Virus record (IMG/VR): IMGVR_UViG_3300001528_000921
Coordinates: 3,049-67,048 of that record
DNA length: 64,000 nt
Source of the DNA: a virus
Taxonomy: Duplodnaviria; Caudoviricetes
Reading direction: 5' to 3' (one strand)
Made by a program: the position numbers and the translations under genes. How positions within the stretch are numbered: position 1 is the first letter of the stretch; the number at the start of each line of letters is the position of its first letter. A model generated the notes under the pieces. The model saw nothing but the letters and a program-made list of their open reading frames with translations. It made no database searches and was not told the DNA's origin. Positions 58,464 through 64,000 of this stretch are shown one piece after another.

Positions 58464-59651
58464 TCACGACTTGGACGCGTAGTCGAAAATCGAACGCGTA
58501 TCGCCGAAGATCAGCGAGTAGCCGACGTTTTCGGTGTTCGTGTACAAAATCGACTGATTCAAGATGTTGCGGTCTTCTTCGGACAGCTGAGAACCGGCTT
58601 GGACCAATTCTTCGATCGTGTCGGGGCGAGAGAAGCACAGCAACTTGCCTGCGGGGACGGACTGGTTCAACACGAAGTTGATCGCGCCAAACGGATTCCA
58701 CTGACCGAATTTCGGAGCCGTGCCGTCAGCAGCGCGGGTCGCAGCGTCGGTCGTGACGTTCGCCGTCGGTTTGAACATCGCAATCCACTGTTCATACGCA
58801 TCCCAGTTACCGGCAACGGTGTCGATGCTGACGCCCAGTTTGTTCATCGCGATAATGTGTTTGATCAAACCGTCGAAGTGCAGTTTGCCGTCATTCATCG
58901 TGCTGTCATAGTCAACCTGCTTGTAAACGGTCGCAGCAGGGTGATACGACGTGCCATCGCCGGCAATCATGATGTTCGTGCACATTTCGATTTTCATCAG
59001 TTCTTTTTCGCGAGCAATGCGGGCGGCGAAGGGGGTCAGCACGTCCAACGAAGCGTTGCGGGCAAATTCGTAGGAAATACGAATACCGGAACCGACTTTA
59101 CCAAATTTCACGGACATATCGGCGGTTTTCACATCGCGGAAGGGAATTTCGCCCAATTCGCTGATGTTGAAGGATTTGGCGGCGTCAGCGCCGTTCAGGT
59201 CGATGATCTGGCGGACCAATTCAACGCCCTGAATCGTGCGCGAACCGGCAATCATACCGTCGATTTTCTGAACGTTGTCCTGACGGGTCTGCCAACGCAG
59301 CATGTCGTCAACAACATAACGGAACATGTTGCGGGAACCCGGATACATGGCGAACGTGTCGGAAGCTTGAGCCAGCGTGATCTGATTCGCAAAGTCATTG
59401 CGAGTCGGCAAGTTCAAGGCGACTTTAGCCATTTCATAACCGGACAGACCTTTGGACGCCAATTCTTTCGTTTTGGGTTCGGCGTCGAAGTCGATCGCCA
59501 AATTCAAATAGTCGCGGGTGTTCAAACCGTATTCTGCAGCCGTGCGCGACAAGCGCATGCCGGCATCGCGGGAAACCTGGTTCGAAGCGTCTTTGATGCC
59601 CGTCAAAACGTCGGACAAAGACTGTTTCTTGATTTCAGACAGAGATTTCAT
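58464..59651 (-). CDS. Major capsid protein (HK97-like fold inferred)
   Basis: 395 aa, highly biased codons, followed by a strong terminator, canonical position. Confidence 0.82.
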   Translation of the reverse strand: MKSLSEIKKQSLSDVLTGIKDASNQVSRDAGMRLSRTAAEYGLNTRDYLNLAIDFDAEPKTKELASKGLSGYEMAKVALNLPTRNDFANQITLAQASDTFAMYPGSRNMFRYVVDDMLRWQTRQDNVQKIDGMIAGSRTIQGVELVRQIIDLNGADAAKSFNISELGEIPFRDVKTADMSVKFGKVGSGIRISYEFARNASLDVLTPFAARIAREKELMKIEMCTNIMIAGDGTSYHPAATVYKQVDYDSTMNDGKLHFDGLIKHIIAMNKLGVSIDTVAGNWDAYEQWIAMFKPTANVTTDAATRAADGTAPKFGQWNPFGAINFVLNQSVPAGKLLCFSRPDTIEELVQAGSQLSEEDRNILNQSILYTNTENVGYSLIFGDTRSIFDYASKS

Positions 59652-59666
59652 TGTTCCTGTTCTCCC

Positions 59667-60074
59667 TTACTTCACGATTACAGCCGTTTTACCGGTTGCA
59701 TCGATTTCAAAAACCTGGGGCAGAACAACGCCCGCCGGAATTGTGTCATTACCGGACGTATCGCCCGATTTGACCTTGCGGACTTTGCCCGAACCGGCAG
59801 CAACAACGTAGTCGCCGACAGCCAGAGTGCCATCGTAAGCAACGCGCGCGCCAAATTCAAAAGCGACAGTCGCCAAAACACCTTGAGCCTGGGAGCGCAG
59901 GTCTTCAACCTGTTCAACCAAACCCAGAATCACATCGCCATCGGCAGCAGCTTTGACGGTGTTCGCCGCGGACGCGTCCAGAGCGCAGACGGTTCCTACG
60001 TCGGCGTTCGTAAACGTGGTCGGGGCGTTCAACGTGTGCTCTCTTTTGGCGAAACCTTGCATCGTAACAGCCAT
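59667..60074 (-). CDS. Capsid decoration/cement protein
   Basis: Small Ala/Gly/Val-rich protein between the scaffold and MCP genes. Confidence 0.7.
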   Translation of the reverse strand: MAVTMQGFAKREHTLNAPTTFTNADVGTVCALDASAANTVKAAADGDVILGLVEQVEDLRSQAQGVLATVAFEFGARVAYDGTLAVGDYVVAAGSGKVRKVKSGDTSGNDTIPAGVVLPQVFEIDATGKTAVIVK

Positions 60075-60087
60075 TGTGAAAGTTCTC

Positions 60088-61392
60088 CTATTTAAACGCG
60101 TTCAGCTGATTGATTTTCATGCCGTAAAATGTCGGAGCTTCTTCGTCCTTCGCTTTTGCGGCAGCGGTCGCGCGCCCGTCAACGGGAATCGCAGCCAAAG
60201 TCACATTAGCGTCGTGGAGAGCTTTCGCCATCGCGGACAGGTCGGTTTCCGCAGAAACCTTTTCTTTGTCGGCGGCAACCAACGCTTTGTTCACTTCTTC
60301 AGCAAACGTCGCCTTCGCCGTCGCCAATTCGGACGCCAAGCCTTCCTTTTCAGCCTTCAGCTTTTCAACTTCGGCTTCCAAAGCTTTGACTTTTTCGTCC
60401 TGTTCGTTGTCTTCTTCTTTGTCGGCGGGTGCCGCTTCCGCAGGGGCTTCCGCAGGTTTGTCGCCTTCTTCCGCAAGCTTGTCCCCTTCGGGAGCAGGTG
60501 CTTCAGCAGGTTTGTTACCTTCGGGAGCGGGTTCCGCAGCAGCGGGAGCCGGATCTTCGGAAGAGGACAGTTTCGCAGACATGTCAGCCAGTTTGGCATC
60601 CATCTCCGCAAATTTGGCAGTCATTTCTTCTTCAGTCATTTTAGACTCCAGTTTTGTTAAAACAGTCGTGTTTCCGACTTTCGCCAACAAGGATTTGGCG
60701 TCTTTCTTTGCGTCTTCGAACGACAAAGAAAACTTTGCAATCTCTTGAATCTTGGCTTTGTGGGCGGCGCCTTGATTCACAATCGAGATTTCAGAAAAGC
60801 TTTTCGGAGCATCCAAAACCAAATGCGCTCCGTCCTTGCCCATAACGTGTCCGTTTGCGCAAGTGGCGTTCCACAAATGGTCGAATTTTTCGTCTTCGTC
60901 CAAGTCGTTGTCGAAGAAATCCCATCCGCAAACGGAACATTTGCCCGATTTGATTTCAAAGCCAATCGACACTTCGTCCAAAATACCAGCGTCGATTTTT
61001 TCAATGACTTCTTTGTTTTCGTCATTTTTCAAAATCGCCAGATAAGCATACGCGGCATGGACGGAATCAAACTCGACGACTTCCCACATATCGAACACGC
61101 GACCAATCGACAAAGCGAAGTCATCGTGCATCGTATGCACCGAAACGTTTTTCTGGGGTTCGTTCGCCATCGCGACAATCGAGCGGATGAATCCTTCCGT
61201 CGGAGTGGCTCCATTCAAAAGATCGGAGCCGCGCTTCGAAATGGCTTCGGTGCTGATTGCGCGGGCTTTGTACACAACATAATTGTCAGGCGAAATGTCT
61301 TCTCCCAAAACACTTTTCATTTTGGAAATAATCGTTTCGTTTAAAACAACTCTTTTTGTCATGCCGAGAGAACCTCTTAAAATTCTGTTCAA
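60088..61392 (-). CDS. Prohead protease-scaffold fusion; nested scaffold from ATG 60639
   Basis: HTMH, EVSIGF and SEISIV protease motifs; P/A/E-rich C-terminus; internal GGAG RBS. Confidence 0.8.
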   Translation of the reverse strand: MNRILRGSLGMTKRVVLNETIISKMKSVLGEDISPDNYVVYKARAISTEAISKRGSDLLNGATPTEGFIRSIVAMANEPQKNVSVHTMHDDFALSIGRVFDMWEVVEFDSVHAAYAYLAILKNDENKEVIEKIDAGILDEVSIGFEIKSGKCSVCGWDFFDNDLDEDEKFDHLWNATCANGHVMGKDGAHLVLDAPKSFSEISIVNQGAAHKAKIQEIAKFSLSFEDAKKDAKSLLAKVGNTTVLTKLESKMTEEEMTAKFAEMDAKLADMSAKLSSSEDPAPAAAEPAPEGNKPAEAPAPEGDKLAEEGDKPAEAPAEAAPADKEEDNEQDEKVKALEAEVEKLKAEKEGLASELATAKATFAEEVNKALVAADKEKVSAETDLSAMAKALHDANVTLAAIPVDGRATAAAKAKDEEAPTFYGMKINQLNAFK

Positions 61393-61423
61393 CGATAACC
61401 TAAAACGAAGAACATTGCAAGAA

Positions 61424-62899
61424 CTATTTTTCGTCAGGTTGAACAGAATTGGATTTTGACGACGTTTCGTTGTCGGGAGTGAGTTCGCGGTTCAGCGAAG
61501 AACGATTTGCTGTCGGGTCGGACGTGTCAACGCTCGCGTTTCCGCCGTCCAAGAAATTCGTCCCCGAAAGCTGCTTCGCGCCTTCCGCTGCAAGTTCGCC
61601 GTTCACACGCAAATGATATTCGTCGTCCGTAATCAGACCATAGCTCAACTGCGTCATCAAACGGGTCTGAAGCATCGTTTTCTGGTTTTCCAGTTCCAGG
61701 GCAGGGCGCAGTTCCACGGGATCAAAGCGGAACTCGCAGTACCCTTCGAATCCTGCAATTCGCAAAGCCAGGGTCAGAACGCGGGACATCAAATCTTCCA
61801 TCGGGCGGTTGAACGCATCGGCTGATTTCGAGAAGATGATTGTTTCTGTCGAAGCGGTGTTCACGCCGGCGGTGCCGCGACCCAAAACGGTGGCGACGAC
61901 TTTCAGACCAGCTTGGTTCTGCGCGTTCAGACAATCGATGATTTCCGAAACCTGCAAACTTGCACCGGACATCTTTTCGTTCAGAATCGAAACTTCCGCG
62001 CTGTCGGTGTGAACCAACGGCGCGGTCGGTTGCAAAGACACGAGTTTGGACGTGATTTCCGTCATACGGGCGTTCACCCAAGCGATTTTTTCTTTATCGT
62101 TGGCGAGCGCGGACTTCGGAGCGTTCTTCAGTAGCACTTCTTCCATGACTTTCACGCCGATTCGCGGATAACCCGTGTAATTCATAATGCGATACAGGTC
62201 GTTTATGATTTTCATGCGGGAAGCAATCGTGTTGATTGCCGCGGCAAAATGCGAGTGAGAGTAAGGGGACGTCGGGGATTGACGGAAGCGAGCGGTGAAG
62301 AACGTCGGGATGTCAAGGTCAATGTTGTCCGATTTGTCCGTTTTCTGCACGGGTTTGAACTCGCCGATTTTCTTTTCGGTGTATTTTACAGTCGCCATAT
62401 CGACGATTCGCAATTCAATCGGGCGCATTGCTTTATCATAGACCAATTCCGCGCCAATCGCACCGCGCGCCAGTTGGAGCCAGCCCTGCGCGTCTTTGAA
62501 CTCACGGAAGCTCGGTTTCATCTGGTAATTCAGCGTGTAATCGTTAATCGAGAACAGGGATTCCATAATCCCCTCGGCGATTTTAATCCCTTCACGGTCG
62601 AGTTCGCCGTCTTGATTGTAAACGAGCATCTGATAGTTGGTATCCGATAATGTCAGATACGCATTTACCGCGGCGGAACAGTCGGGGTCGTTTATAAACA
62701 GCTTGTCGATGAGGTCAAATTCGTCATCCGATAAACGATCGTCTTGGATGTCGCTCAAATACTGCTGATAATCGGGCAAAGACAAAGTTTCCGTCTGTCC
62801 CGATTGATATGTGTCCGTTACGGACTTGCCGCCCGAAGTCGTTTTCTTTTTCGGGAGGACAAATTCCACAAGGGAGCTCAAAATGTTTTTAGATGCCAT
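61424..62899 (-). CDS. Portal protein
   Basis: 491 aa between the terminase and protease genes. Confidence 0.8.
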   Translation of the reverse strand: MASKNILSSLVEFVLPKKKTTSGGKSVTDTYQSGQTETLSLPDYQQYLSDIQDDRLSDDEFDLIDKLFINDPDCSAAVNAYLTLSDTNYQMLVYNQDGELDREGIKIAEGIMESLFSINDYTLNYQMKPSFREFKDAQGWLQLARGAIGAELVYDKAMRPIELRIVDMATVKYTEKKIGEFKPVQKTDKSDNIDLDIPTFFTARFRQSPTSPYSHSHFAAAINTIASRMKIINDLYRIMNYTGYPRIGVKVMEEVLLKNAPKSALANDKEKIAWVNARMTEITSKLVSLQPTAPLVHTDSAEVSILNEKMSGASLQVSEIIDCLNAQNQAGLKVVATVLGRGTAGVNTASTETIIFSKSADAFNRPMEDLMSRVLTLALRIAGFEGYCEFRFDPVELRPALELENQKTMLQTRLMTQLSYGLITDDEYHLRVNGELAAEGAKQLSGTNFLDGGNASVDTSDPTANRSSLNRELTPDNETSSKSNSVQPDEK

Positions 62900-62905
62900 A
62901 GCAAA

Positions 62906-64000
62906 TTACCGCCTTGACAAAATGCGATGATGATTCGAACTGCCACCAGAATACGACAAAATGTCATAGCAATCAAGCTGTTTTTGCTCAACGCCCATGA
63001 AACCAACAACCGATTCTGTCGGAGCGTCGGACATCGCGTCAGACATTTGCTTCAAATAAACGGCGGTCAGAGCATAGCCGAGGGAGTGAAAATAGTGATC
63101 GGTACCGTGCAATTTTTTATACCGAATCTTCTCATCGGTGTCGTCCCGAACCATGTCCATAAGATGAGTCACGATTACATCGTGCTGATTTCCGTACCCA
63201 TAAAATTTGATTTTGCCGCTGCGGACCGCTTCGGTCACAGCGTCAAGTGCAAGCGTTCTGTCCACTTGATAATAGGCAATGTCGCCCGTCACTTCTTTAT
63301 ACGGAACGGCTCGCTTGTTGTTTTCCGAGTAAACGACTGGGAATACCCGTCCGTCGGAAATGTCGCGCAGTTTGTACGCCGTCGGAATAAACGGCGCGCG
63401 GTCGATCATTCCATTTATGACGTTGTAATTTTCGAGCAAATCCGTAATTCGTTCTTCGACTTTATCCTGCGGAATCACCTCAAACTTCAGAACTTCACCG
63501 CCGTCGGCTGAAACAATCGTAAGATGGCAGCCCATACCCATATCCAATCCGAAGAAAATCGGTTTGTCTTTTGGAATTTCAGGACATTTCGGTGTCACGA
63601 AGCACTTTTCGATTTCGGATGCGGTCAGACGCGAATCCCCACCGTTGTACGTTTCTCCCAAGGTTGTGTTAATGACGCGGCGGGCTTGGTTCTTCGCGAT
63701 ACCCTCAGCGACCGTCGTGACGAGGTATTTAATCGAAAGAAGACCGGAGGAAAACGGCAAAAGCTGATAGCCGTGCTTGATATTACTGCGTTCCGGGTAT
63801 TTCGCAACCCATTCGCGGCGACTCGCATCGGCGGGGTTGATAGGTTTCAAACAGTGGGGGCAGCGAACGTATGCGTTATCATAATCGAGAATCGCGGCGA
63901 TGTCCGGTGAAACGTCAAACACCAAATCTTCGACGTCTTTCGGCATGTTCGAGAAATAAACATGCTTCAAATCATACTGCGGGACAAAGACGTTGTTGCA
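62906..64000 (-). CDS. Terminase large subunit (GpA-type), C-terminal nuclease part; 5' end outside the window
   Basis: Frame open to base 64000; CPHC zinc motif, GLDMG and DHYFHS RNase H-like nuclease motifs. Confidence 0.88.
   Translation of the reverse strand, partial: CNNVFVPQYDLKHVYFSNMPKDVEDLVFDVSPDIAAILDYDNAYVRCPHCLKPINPADASRREWVAKYPERSNIKHGYQLLPFSSGLLSIKYLVTTVAEGIAKNQARRVINTTLGETYNGGDSRLTASEIEKCFVTPKCPEIPKDKPIFFGLDMGMGCHLTIVSADGGEVLKFEVIPQDKVEERITDLLENYNVINGMIDRAPFIPTAYKLRDISDGRVFPVVYSENNKRAVPYKEVTGDIAYYQVDRTLALDAVTEAVRSGKIKFYGYGNQHDVIVTHLMDMVRDDTDEKIRYKKLHGTDHYFHSLGYALTAVYLKQMSDAMSDAPTESVVGFMGVEQKQLDCYDILSYSGGSSNHHRILSRR

Noticed and set aside
58599-60095. 498-aa + strand ORF
   Set aside because: Antisense shadow of the highly codon-biased capsid genes
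1-64000. tRNA/rRNA genes, integrase, cas genes
   Set aside because: None recognised; lifestyle cannot be determined from this window
1-64000. Apparent abundance of GANTC and TCGA words
   Set aside because: Impression only; may reflect codon usage and needs an observed/expected count

Overview
The window is about 64 kb of a tailed dsDNA phage genome (siphovirus morphology with a lambda-like M-L-K-I-J tail tip; both window ends fall inside genes). The + strand (1-29.1 kb) carries replication and nucleotide genes (D5-type primase-helicase, adenine MTase, thymidine kinase, SF2 helicase, 5'-3' exonuclease, family-B DNA polymerase, resolvase, SbcD/SbcC, ThyX-like, PAPS-reductase-like, MazG-like) and a repeat-rich early region. 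The - strand (29.2-64 kb) carries terminase, portal, head, tail, three tail fibres and lysis genes. Overlapping spanins and a GapR/DUF2312 homologue point to a Gram-negative, probably alphaproteobacterial, host (inference). Well-supported accessory elements are an ORF-less group I intron splitting the polymerase, a tnpA-less TnpB element inserted into the last codons of sbcD, and a DGR whose VR and TR differ only at TR adenines; no avd is visible and the RT carries a fused C-terminal domain. The best candidate for an undescribed system is an intergenic array (12907-13374) of four tandem ~120-nt units that share little primary sequence but keep the same stem and pseudoknot geometry through compensatory changes. 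All structure and homology calls were made by eye; no searches were run.
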